NCBI GenBank assembly: GCA_963665295.1
Contig: OY762209.1
Span: 4,768,001 to 4,832,000 of the forward strand
DNA length: 64,000 nucleotides
Source of the DNA: Syntrophorhabdaceae bacterium
GTDB lineage: Bacteria; Desulfobacterota; Syntrophorhabdia; Syntrophorhabdales; Syntrophorhabdaceae
Direction of reading: 5' to 3'
The position numbers and the translations under genes are program-made. The notes below the pieces were generated by a model. It did no database searches and had not been told where the DNA came from. It was given only the letters and a program-made list of their open reading frames with translations. Positions 35,675 to 44,316 of this stretch are shown in pieces (position 1 is the first letter of the stretch; each line of letters starts with the position of its first letter).

Positions 35675-36064
35675 ATGAAGAAGCTGGCGGCACTGGCAGT
35701 CGCCTTGTTGCTCGTGGCAGGCGTGGCCTACGCAAGGGATTACGAAGTAAACAAGAAGGCGGGGGAATACAATGTTCTTGTCCGGATTGACAAGAACCCG
35801 CCCGTGGCCGCACAAAACCGCGTGGAAATCACCATTACCGACGCCTCGGGCAAGGCAGTGACCGATGCAAAGGTTGTGCTCACTTACTCCATGCCCGCCA
35901 TGGCAGGAATGCCCGCCATGAACTACAAGGCCGAAGCCAAACCCCAGGGGAGCATATACAGGGCAACCATCACCTACTCCATGTCGGGCTCCTGGAACAA
36001 TGAGTTGAAGATAACCCACAAGGGCCAAACGCAGTCGGTCAGGTTCACGGTAGATGCGAAATAG
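35675..36064 (+). CDS. Exported FixH/YtkA-like protein (Met-rich, heavy-metal associated)
   Basis: AGGAGG RBS and signal peptide; D..GKAVTDAKV...SMPAMAGMPAM and MSGSW motifs. Confidence 0.75.
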   Translation: MKKLAALAVALLLVAGVAYARDYEVNKKAGEYNVLVRIDKNPPVAAQNRVEITITDASGKAVTDAKVVLTYSMPAMAGMPAMNYKAEAKPQGSIYRATITYSMSGSWNNELKITHKGQTQSVRFTVDAK

Positions 36065-36113
36065 CGCAACGTCCCGTTCCTGCCTGCCCGGAAGGCCTGT
36101 GGAGGTGATCATA

Positions 36114-36424
36114 TTGAGGAAAATTTCCTTTTCGGCCGGATCATGTATGAGAACTAACCCGGCGCTTTTATACTGCTCCTGTCCGTCTTCCTGCTCTTGC
36201 AGGGGACGGTTGTTCGCGCCGCAGAGGAACCCCTCGTCCTTCAGGACCTCATCGACGAAGGGCTGAAAAACAGCCCGGAAATCCTTGCCTTCGGGTCGCG
36301 GGTGGACGCCGCGAAGTATAGAATCCCCCGGGTAGGGAGCCTTCCCGACCCCATGTTCATGTTCGGGCACCAGAATGAAGGGTTCCGGAGGCTTACCATA
36401 GGGGTCGCGAATAAGACCGGCTGA
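36114..36424 (+). pseudogene. Truncated, disrupted TolC-family outer-membrane efflux protein (CusC/CzcC-like N-terminus)
   Basis: L.LQDLIDEGLKNSPEI...IPRVGSLPDPMFMFG is a TolC N-terminal signature. The signal peptide is interrupted (in-frame TAA at 36155-36157, or a frameshift after TTG 36114), and the frame ends after about 90 codons. Confidence 0.7.
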
Positions 36425-36446
36425 GCAACCAGCGGGGCATGACGGT

Positions 36447-37412
36447 CTATAGCCCTCCCTTGAGAGGGGCCGTGTATGATTTCCTGGGCTCGGGAACAGC
36501 CAGGAACTGTACGGCGGCACCCGCTCCCGAGGGGTAGACCCGAACTTCCATCCATCCCGTTTGTTGGGGAGAAGGGACCTCGAATACGTGGCATTTTCCT
36601 TTCTTGAATGCGTAAAGGAACCCCTGGTGGACGGCCCTGCCGAATTCCCCTGGAAATACCTCCGTAATATCTGCGCCTGTCAGTTCCCGGGAACTTTTGT
36701 GCAAGGCCTTTTCCGTCTTCTTGTTGGCGTAAACGAACCTTCCTTCCTTGTCAACGGCAAAAAACCCGTCGGTTATGCCCTCCAGCATGTCGGCAAACCT
36801 TTTATTCGATTCCTTCATCGCCTCTCGCAAGCGCCTCTCCCTCGTGATGTCGGTCACCACGTGGACCACGCCGATAGTCTTGCCTCCCCTGTTCTTCAGA
36901 GGGGTCACGGAAACCTCAAGCCACAGGTCTCCCGACGGCAGATGTACAGTCTCCTTATGCCTCGATTTACACATGCGAAAGAAGGGGCAGCCTTCTATGG
37001 GACTTCCTGTCCCGTGAACCAGTTCAAAACATTTTACGCCGACTATATTCCTGTAGTCCTTCTTGAACAATTTTGATGCTGCCTTGTTGCAGCGGACAAT
37101 CGTCTGGTCCATATCCATGAGCCAGACTGCGTCCGTGATGGCGTCAAGGGTATCACGCCACTGAGCGGCCACGGTTTGAAGGGCCTCCTCGGCCCTCCTG
37201 CGATTCTCTATCTCGCTTTGAAGCTGCCTGTTCGCAATTCGTATCTCCGCCATGCGTTCTTCCACCAGGCCTTCTATACGCTCATAGTACGCTCCCTGGT
37301 CCGTCATGGTCCGGCGAGCTTCCTCTTCCGCCTGCTCCATGAGCGCCAGCTTCGTTCTCATATCCCTCATTTCCGCCAGGAGTTCTTCTCTTGTTTTATC
37401 CTTGTTCTTCAC
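36447..37412 (-). CDS. Coiled-coil plus two PAS domains, no output domain (possibly a truncated sensor)
   Basis: GTG start KNKDKTREELL; ERMAEI...EIENRRRAEEAL; PAS (CFELVHG...GCP...DITRER) and a second PAS (DGFFAVD...YAN). Confidence 0.75.
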   Translation of the reverse strand: MKNKDKTREELLAEMRDMRTKLALMEQAEEEARRTMTDQGAYYERIEGLVEERMAEIRIANRQLQSEIENRRRAEEALQTVAAQWRDTLDAITDAVWLMDMDQTIVRCNKAASKLFKKDYRNIVGVKCFELVHGTGSPIEGCPFFRMCKSRHKETVHLPSGDLWLEVSVTPLKNRGGKTIGVVHVVTDITRERRLREAMKESNKRFADMLEGITDGFFAVDKEGRFVYANKKTEKALHKSSRELTGADITEVFPGEFGRAVHQGFLYAFKKGKCHVFEVPSPQQTGWMEVRVYPSGAGAAVQFLAVPEPRKSYTAPLKGGL

Positions 37413-37588
37413 TTGGTCCCTCGAAAAACTTCGGGCCCCATTTCCGGCCGATTCGACGGGAAAGGGGTCTCTTTCCTTACCCATACGGACAGTTCTCAAC
37501 CCGCACTCTATAAGTAATTAATCTCATAAGTAGTTTTTCTTGTCAACCGGAATTGTGACATGGACCGTTTTACCGCAGACCTTGAACC

Positions 37589-37617
37589 TTGCAAAAAACG
37601 TGAGCATTTCATATACT
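37589..37617 (+). promoter_or_regulatory. Putative sigma70 promoter
   Basis: TTGCAA (37589-37594), 17-bp spacer, TATACT (37612-37617), about 100 bp upstream of the ORF at 37717. Confidence 0.55.
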
Positions 37618-37716
37618 TACATCTGACATCAGACCCTCAGGGCGTGCTCCCGGGTCGTTGTGTCTCAAAGGGGTCCCGACACGATGGAAGGAAATTAAAC
37701 CGAAGGGGGAACGTGT

Positions 37717-38058
37717 ATGGCTTTGATCGATGACCTGAAAAAGAAAACGGAAGAAGGCCTGAAAACACTGAAGGAAACAGCACAGGATTTTGCCTTTAAC
37801 GTTGAAAAGCAAGCCAAGATAGGAAAGAGAAGGTATCTGGATATTACCAAACTCCAGCGGAGCATCCAAACCCTCTTTACGGAAATGGGTGAATACGCCT
37901 ACGACGAAATGACCTCAGGAAGGTCCATAAAAAACACCGACCCCTACCTCAAAGAAAGAGCAGACTCCATCTCCCGAATGAAATCAGAGATAACCGCAAT
38001 AGAGGAGGAAATAGCCGAAATTGAGCATCTGGAGCCACCTAAGCATCTGGGTGAGTAG
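37717..38058 (+). CDS. Hypothetical coiled-coil protein
   Basis: 113-aa charged helical ORF with AGGGGG RBS. Confidence 0.7.
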   Translation: MALIDDLKKKTEEGLKTLKETAQDFAFNVEKQAKIGKRRYLDITKLQRSIQTLFTEMGEYAYDEMTSGRSIKNTDPYLKERADSISRMKSEITAIEEEIAEIEHLEPPKHLGE

Positions 38059-38125
38059 GCTGTTCATCCAGCACGCACCGCGTGCGAGAGGGGGAGGCTC
38101 TACAAACTCCTTCAACTGTGCATCT

Positions 38126-38149
38126 CGCCCCGGGCTTATGCCCGGGGCG
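38126..38149. terminator. Hairpin between convergent genes (probable terminator)
   Basis: Perfect 10-bp stem CGCCCCGGGC-TTAT-GCCCGGGGCG. Confidence 0.65.
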
Positions 38150-38164
38150 CTCTTAATTTTGATG

Positions 38165-39181
38165 TTACAGATATTTCTTGATCAGCACTTCAGCAATCTG
38201 GACTGCGTTCAGGGCGGCGCCTTTTCTGATATTATCTGCCACCACCCACAGGTTGAGCCCGTGCGCCACAGACTCATCCCTTCTTATCCTGCCCACAAAG
38301 GTTTCATCTCTTCCTGCGGCGTCTATGGCAAGGGGATATATTTTCTTTGACGGGTCATCGACAACCTTCACGCCGGGGGCTTTCTTGAGGATCTTCCTCG
38401 CCTCTTCCGGACTCAGGTCCTTTTCGAATTCGATGTTCACGGACTCGGAGTGGCTGTAGAATACCGGCACCCTGACGGTGGTCGCCGTCACTTGGATGCT
38501 CTCGTCTTCCAGGATCTTCTTCGTCTCATTTACCATCTTCATCTCTTCCTTCGTGTATCCGTTGTCGAGGAATACATCGATCTGGGGGAGACAGTTGAAG
38601 GCGATCTGATAAGGGTACACTTTCTTCTCAACGGGTTTGTTGTTATAGATGGCAAGCACCTGCTGTTCAAGCTCATAAATGGCCTTTTTTCCTGTACCTG
38701 AGACCGCCTGGTACGTGGAGACCACGATCCTTTTGATCTTCGCCGCGTTGTGAAGGGGTTTCAGGGCCACCACCATCTGAATGGTGGAACAGTTCGGATT
38801 CGCTATGATGCCCTTCTTCGTATAATCCTTGATTGCATGTTCGTTCACCTCGGGCACTACGAGAGGGACATCAGGGTCCATCCTCCACGCGCTCGTGTTG
38901 TCTATCACCACACACCCGGCCGCCGCCGCGATGGGGGCGAACTTCTCGCTTATGGAACCGCCCGCGGAAAAGAGGCCTATCTGGATATCCTTGAAGGAAT
39001 CTTCCTTAAGCTCCTCGATCTTCACGTCGTGTCCCTTATATGTCAGCGTCTTGCCCACGCTTCTCGAAGACGCGAGCAGGGTCAGTTTCTTTACGGGAAA
39101 TTTCCTCTGTTCGAGGGTCTCGACCATTTCGTTTCCCACAGCGCCGGTGGCGCCTACAACGGCTACGTTATACTCTTTCAT
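38165..39181 (-). CDS. asd: Aspartate-semialdehyde dehydrogenase
   Basis: GATGAVG, IANPNCST, STYQAVSG, RVPVFYSHSE and DNIRKGAALN motifs. Confidence 0.97.
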   Translation of the reverse strand: MKEYNVAVVGATGAVGNEMVETLEQRKFPVKKLTLLASSRSVGKTLTYKGHDVKIEELKEDSFKDIQIGLFSAGGSISEKFAPIAAAAGCVVIDNTSAWRMDPDVPLVVPEVNEHAIKDYTKKGIIANPNCSTIQMVVALKPLHNAAKIKRIVVSTYQAVSGTGKKAIYELEQQVLAIYNNKPVEKKVYPYQIAFNCLPQIDVFLDNGYTKEEMKMVNETKKILEDESIQVTATTVRVPVFYSHSESVNIEFEKDLSPEEARKILKKAPGVKVVDDPSKKIYPLAIDAAGRDETFVGRIRRDESVAHGLNLWVVADNIRKGAALNAVQIAEVLIKKYL

Positions 39182-39182
39182 T

Positions 39183-39674
39183 CTATTCCTCCAGTTTCTT
39201 TTTGAGGTATTTGATCAGCCCGCCTTCATTGATAAGTTCCACCATAAAGGTTGGGATCGGTTTCGCCTGTATCTCCGCTCTCTTGCATTTTATGATCCCT
39301 GAAACGAGATCGACCTGAAGCTCCTCGCCCTCCTCAACGAAGTCCGCAAGGTCGGCCTCGAGGAGCGCCAACCCCTTGTTGAAGGCATTGCGGTAGAATA
39401 TCCTCGCGAAACTTTTTGCAATGACAAGGGGTATACCCAGTGCCGCGATCGCGATGGGAGCATGCTCCCGAGATGACCCGCACCCGAAATTGAGACCCGC
39501 CACAATAATGTCGCCGGCCTTTACATCCTTTGAGAAGGATGGGGCAAGGGGTTCCATGCAGTGCTCGCCCAGCACCTTGGGGTCGGTATGGGCAAGGTAT
39601 CTCGCGGGGATAATGATATCCGTATCTATGTTATCACCGAATTTCCAGACTCTTCCTTTTAAAGTTGTTTCCAT
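39183..39674 (-). CDS. leuD: 3-isopropylmalate dehydratase small subunit
   Basis: NIDTDIIIP, NFGCGSSREHAP and SFARIFYRN motifs. Confidence 0.93.
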   Translation of the reverse strand: METTLKGRVWKFGDNIDTDIIIPARYLAHTDPKVLGEHCMEPLAPSFSKDVKAGDIIVAGLNFGCGSSREHAPIAIAALGIPLVIAKSFARIFYRNAFNKGLALLEADLADFVEEGEELQVDLVSGIIKCKRAEIQAKPIPTFMVELINEGGLIKYLKKKLEE

Positions 39675-39778
39675 CGTAACTCCTTCTTCGCTATTCGCTA
39701 AGGGCTCTCTTTTCTCAACCGAAAACAGGATGGTTTATGGGCAGACGATCCCTTGCAGCCGGTCGCTGGGCGCCGGTA

Positions 39779-41041
39779 TTATAAGACCTCTTCCGGGACC
39801 GCGATCCTGCCTTTGATGGCGCTCGCGGCTGCGACCGCGGGACCTGCAAGGTAAACCTCGCTCTCCGGATGACCCATTCTCCCGATAAAATTCCTGTTGG
39901 TCGTGGCGACGGCCCTTTCGCCCTTCGCAAGGATACCCATGTGACCGCCGAGACAGGGACCGCACGTGGGAGGCGAAATAATGCATCCCGCATCAAGGAA
40001 GATATCGAAGTAACCCCGTCCCAGGGCCTCTTTGTAGACCGCGGGCGTTGCGGGAATGATTATACACCTTACGAAGCGGGCGACCTTCTTCCCTTTCAGT
40101 ATCTCCGCCGCAGCTTCGAGGTCTTCTATTCTCCCGTTCGTACATGACCCGATGACAACCTGATCGATGTCGATCCCTCCAAGGTCCTTCGCGTCCTTAA
40201 CGTTGGACGGCAGGGAAGGAAGGGCGACTTTCGACCCTATGGAAGTCACATCTATGTCGATAACCTGTTTGTAACGGGCGTCCGGGTCGCTCTCGTATAT
40301 CCTCGAAGGTCTTTTTCCCCGGTCCTTCACGTAGGCAAGGGTCTTTTCATCCACCTTGAATATGCCGTTCTTCCCGCCTGCCTCGATCGCCATATTGGCC
40401 ATGGTGAAACGCGACTCCATGGAGAGGGCGGAAATGGCCTCGCCATCGAATTCCATGGCGGAATAAAGGGCCCCATCCACTCCGATCATGCCGATAATAT
40501 GGAGGATAAGATCCTTTCCCGTGACCCATTTCTGCCATTTTCCATGACACACGAACTTGATGGTCTCCGGCACCTTCAACCAGACCCGTCCTGTTACCAT
40601 CCCATATGTTAAATCCGTGCTCCCCATGCCGGTCGAGAAGGCGCCCAGGGCGCCGTAGGTGCAGGTATGACTGTCAGCCCCTATCACTACATCGCCGGGC
40701 ACGACAAGGCCCTGCTCCGGGAGCAGGGCATGTTCCACGCCACACTGCCCACCCTCATAGAGGTGCTTTATACCGTACTTAACGGAAAACTCCCTGATCG
40801 TCTTGCAGTTCTCCGCGGAAAGTATATCCTTGTTCGGCGTAAAGTGATCAAGGACAAAAACCACCTTCTCCGAGTCGAATACCCGTGTGGCGCCTACTTT
40901 GTGAAACTCCTCAAGAGAGAGGGGCGCGGTAATATCGTTTGCAAGGGCAAGGTCTATCCGTGCCTCGATGATTTCACCGGGTTCCACCACATCTCTCTCA
41001 GCGTGTGCAGCCAGTATCTTTTCCGTGATTGTCATTCCCAT
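39779..41041 (-). CDS. leuC: 3-isopropylmalate dehydratase large subunit
   Basis: [22 protein letters not shown] and TNRNF.GRMG motifs. Confidence 0.93.
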   Translation of the reverse strand: MGMTITEKILAAHAERDVVEPGEIIEARIDLALANDITAPLSLEEFHKVGATRVFDSEKVVFVLDHFTPNKDILSAENCKTIREFSVKYGIKHLYEGGQCGVEHALLPEQGLVVPGDVVIGADSHTCTYGALGAFSTGMGSTDLTYGMVTGRVWLKVPETIKFVCHGKWQKWVTGKDLILHIIGMIGVDGALYSAMEFDGEAISALSMESRFTMANMAIEAGGKNGIFKVDEKTLAYVKDRGKRPSRIYESDPDARYKQVIDIDVTSIGSKVALPSLPSNVKDAKDLGGIDIDQVVIGSCTNGRIEDLEAAAEILKGKKVARFVRCIIIPATPAVYKEALGRGYFDIFLDAGCIISPPTCGPCLGGHMGILAKGERAVATTNRNFIGRMGHPESEVYLAGPAVAAASAIKGRIAVPEEVL

Positions 41042-42571
41042 TTACAGGCCCTCAACTTTTCTTTTTTTCACATATTCGAGCTTGTTCAGGGCATTGATGT
41101 ACGCCCTGGCGCTCGCTACGATAATATCCGTATCCCGTCCCTTTCCTATGACGGTGGCCCCCTTCTCCTCGATCTTCACAAACACTTCTCCCTGGGCGTC
41201 CATGTCCCTCGTGATCGAGTTAACCGAGAACTTGAGCAATTTGCTGTTCGTCTTCACCATCTTCTTGATGATCTTGTAAGCGGCGTCCACCGGCCCGTCG
41301 CCATATCCCACGTCCTGAAGGATCGTTCCGTCTATCTCGAGTTTCACCATTGCGGTGGGTATGGTCTGACTCCCGCAGGACACATTGAGATAGACGATCT
41401 TGTATTTCTCGGGTATCTTGTATATCTCGTCCATAATGATCATTTCAATGTCTTCATCATACACGTTCTTTTTCATATCCGAGAGCGTTTTGAACCGTTT
41501 GAACGCCAGGTTGATCTCCTGGTCGCTGAAGGTATACCCCATCTCCTCGATTCTATCCCGGAAAGCGTGTCTCCCCGAGTGCTTCCCGAGGACGAGGGAG
41601 CTTTTCGTTATGCCCACCGATTCGGGTTTCATGATCTCATAGGTGAGCTTGGATTTCAAAAGGCCGTCCTGATGGATCCCCGACTCGTGAGCAAAGGCGT
41701 TGGCGCCGACTATGGCCTTGTTGGGCTGCACTCCTCCGCCGGTAATAGACGTTATCAACCTGCTCGTGGGGTATATCTTTTCGCTCACAATCTTCGTATC
41801 GGCGGAAAGCACGTCCTTCCTGGTACGCAGTATCATGGCGATCTCTTCAAGGGACGCATTTCCCGCCCTCTCGCCTATGCCGTTGATAGTGCACTCCACC
41901 TGCCGGGCGCCGTTCTGGACCGCTGCAATGGAGTTCGCCACCGCAAGGCCCAGATCGTTATGGCAATGGACACTTATAACAGCCTGGGCGATATTGGGGA
42001 CATTGTTCACAATATAACGGATCATATCGCCAAATTCGGAAGGCACTGCATATCCCACCGTATCGGGCACGTTCACGGTGGTGGCTCCTGCTTCTATGAC
42101 TTCGGCAAGGACCTTGCATAGGTAGTCCCAGTCGCTCCTCGTCGCATCCATGGCGGAAAATTCCACGTTCGGAGTGTGCCCCTTCGCCCTTTTCACCGCA
42201 TCGACGGCGATCTTCACGATCTCGTCCTTCGTCTTCTTGAACTGGTGCTTGAGGTGAATGTCCGACGTGGAGATGAATGTGTGAATCCTGGGCATCTTCG
42301 CAACCTTGACGGCTTCCCATGCCCTATCTATATCTTCATTGTTCGCCCGCGCCAAGCCGGCAATCTCACAGTTCTGAACAGTCTCTGCGATCAATCTGAC
42401 CGCTTCGAAATCGCCTTCCGACGCGATGGGGAAACCCGCCTCGATGACATCGACTCCAAGGATTTCCAGTTGCCTCGCGACCCTTAGTTTTTCAGGGGTG
42501 TTCATGGTGTTGCCGGGCGACTGCTCCCCATCCCTTAATGTCGTATCGAATATAATGATTCTCTCTGGCAT
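41042..42571 (-). CDS. leuA: 2-isopropylmalate synthase
   Basis: DTTLRDGEQ, HCHNDLG, GERAGN and HESGIHQDG motifs; C-terminal regulatory domain. Confidence 0.95.
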   Translation of the reverse strand: MPERIIIFDTTLRDGEQSPGNTMNTPEKLRVARQLEILGVDVIEAGFPIASEGDFEAVRLIAETVQNCEIAGLARANNEDIDRAWEAVKVAKMPRIHTFISTSDIHLKHQFKKTKDEIVKIAVDAVKRAKGHTPNVEFSAMDATRSDWDYLCKVLAEVIEAGATTVNVPDTVGYAVPSEFGDMIRYIVNNVPNIAQAVISVHCHNDLGLAVANSIAAVQNGARQVECTINGIGERAGNASLEEIAMILRTRKDVLSADTKIVSEKIYPTSRLITSITGGGVQPNKAIVGANAFAHESGIHQDGLLKSKLTYEIMKPESVGITKSSLVLGKHSGRHAFRDRIEEMGYTFSDQEINLAFKRFKTLSDMKKNVYDEDIEMIIMDEIYKIPEKYKIVYLNVSCGSQTIPTAMVKLEIDGTILQDVGYGDGPVDAAYKIIKKMVKTNSKLLKFSVNSITRDMDAQGEVFVKIEEKGATVIGKGRDTDIIVASARAYINALNKLEYVKKRKVEGL

Positions 42572-43614
42572 ATCTCCCTCTTCAGTTTTTTCTGTATCAA
42601 CTCGAATAGTTCCTGTTCCTTCTCTATCTGTACTGTCACCGCAAGATAGAAGAGGTTGTCCGGGACTTCCATGGCCGCCATCTTGATCGCGTCTTTTTCC
42701 GTAGTCACCACAAGGTCCGCGCCTCCGTACGACGCGATCCTTCTCACCTCTCTTTCGTTATACCCATGATGGTCGGGAAAGGAGGTTTCATGGATCACAT
42801 CCGCCCCCAACTCGCGAAGGAGGTTAAAAAAAGACCGGTTGTCCCCAAGACCCGAGAAGGCGGCAACCCGTTTCCCCTTCAGAAGCCTATAATGGATCAT
42901 CCCGTCAAACTTCATATTGTAGAGATAAGCGGGTTTGTACCTCATGCGGTATCTCGGCGTCTGCCCGGCATAGGCCTCCATGTCCGCGTCCAGGTCGCCC
43001 TTATTAATCAATATGATATCCGCGTCCCTTATCCTCTCAAGGGGCTCCCTGCATGGACCGAGAGGAAAAAGACCATGGCCTGACAGCCCTTCGTTTCCGT
43101 TCAGGACAAGTACCTCTATATCCTTCTCAATATTCCGCAATTGAAAGCCGTCGTCGAGCACCGCAAGATCGATGGGAAACGACTTCATCCCCATGTCGAT
43201 GGCTTCCGCCCTGTTGCTTCCCACCAGAACGGGCACCTGTGTCTTCCTTGCGAGCATCAACGCCTCGTCCCCTACGTCCTCCGCTTTATCGTTCCTCGGG
43301 TCGACGGGGAACGTGCCTTTCCTCTTCCTCTTGTAACCGCGAGTGGCTATGGCGGGATGGAAGCCCGCCTCCTTCAACATCGCGGAAAGCCTCTCCACCA
43401 CCGGGGTCTTTCCTGTCCCTCCGAGAGTAATATTGCCCACGCTTATCACGGGGATGGTGACCCCTTGTATCGCAATCCAGCCCCGCTCGTAAATCTTTTT
43501 CCTTACATTGAGGCACGTCTTATACAGGACTGAAAGGAGGAAAAGGGGCCCATAAAAAAGCCACTTTGTATACTTTGCTTCCCCATTCCAAACCCTTATG
43601 ATGGCATTCCTCAT
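42535..43614 (-). CDS. lpxK: Tetraacyldisaccharide 4'-kinase
   Basis: SVGNITLGGTGKTP, GDEA, LDDGFQ, FPDHH and TTEKDA motifs. Confidence 0.93.
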   Translation of the reverse strand: MRNAIIRVWNGEAKYTKWLFYGPLFLLSVLYKTCLNVRKKIYERGWIAIQGVTIPVISVGNITLGGTGKTPVVERLSAMLKEAGFHPAIATRGYKRKRKGTFPVDPRNDKAEDVGDEALMLARKTQVPVLVGSNRAEAIDMGMKSFPIDLAVLDDGFQLRNIEKDIEVLVLNGNEGLSGHGLFPLGPCREPLERIRDADIILINKGDLDADMEAYAGQTPRYRMRYKPAYLYNMKFDGMIHYRLLKGKRVAAFSGLGDNRSFFNLLRELGADVIHETSFPDHHGYNEREVRRIASYGGADLVVTTEKDAIKMAAMEVPDNLFYLAVTVQIEKEQELFELIQKKLKREICQRESLYSIRH

Positions 43615-43737
43615 TTAATTAGCATAGTTATACCAAAATCGGGGGAAAAAATCAAAGCCAATTGTCCTTGAACACGAAGACCCGCGGAAACAGGACAACT
43701 GACCCCCTCCATTGCGGAGGCCGGGCCACGCCCTGTT

Positions 43738-44030
43738 TCAGATCAATGTGCCCCGCACCCACCTGACTGTCGTCGCCAATTCCTGTCTGGCGAGAGGCTT
43801 CATGAGGAATTCCCTGATCCCCATGGGGAAGCCCGCGCTGTCGAGGACTGCGCTCTTCAACTTCCTGTTGCAGCCTGTCCATAATAACGGTGGCCCTTTG
43901 CAGGCGTTCCGATATATTGTTGAAAGTCCGGCCCAACTCGCAGGCTGAGCCCCCTATGTTCTTCGCAAGAGTGGAAGACGTGATGCCGGCCGAAATGATC
44001 GGCGTGACTCCAGAAGCAAGGACAGGGAAC
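43738..44030 (-). pseudogene. Decayed receiver (REC) domain fragment
   Basis: The minus strand reads ...PLLWTGC...MGIREFLMKPLARQELATTVRWV...* (ATG 43824, TGA 43738), matching the REC C-terminus of the neighbouring hybrid kinase. The upstream part is frameshifted and degenerate, so the upstream boundary is approximate. Confidence 0.6.
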
Positions 44031-44316
44031 AGGGTACGGATACTATTGTAAACAATACAGTTCCGCTCGGTATTTGCCGCCCGGGACATGGGAAGGGCCC
44101 GTTGTGCCGACCTGAAGGCTGGTTGAGCTGACGGACAAAAAAGGCGAAACAAATACCGTGATTGATGCGGGAACATATGGCATCAGAGGCGCGTTAAGTG
44201 GTATAGTTTATTCGGTTCTTTTTGTTGTTCTCGGAGACTTCGAGAGGAAAGATGGGAGGGGGACGGGGAGCACCGCCGGTAGCTTCCGCGTGTACAAAAC
44301 CAGTTACGGAGGACAC

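Noticed and set aside
37640..37700. Hairpin in the leader of ORF 37717 as a possible ncRNA or riboswitch
   Set aside because: Only a short imperfect stem, with no recognisable family consensus.
40667..42121. 484-aa plus-strand ORF
   Set aside because: Antisense shadow of leuA/leuC.
43652..44176. 174-aa minus-strand ORF as a real gene
   Set aside because: No coherent domain; the region is better explained as a frameshifted REC relic.
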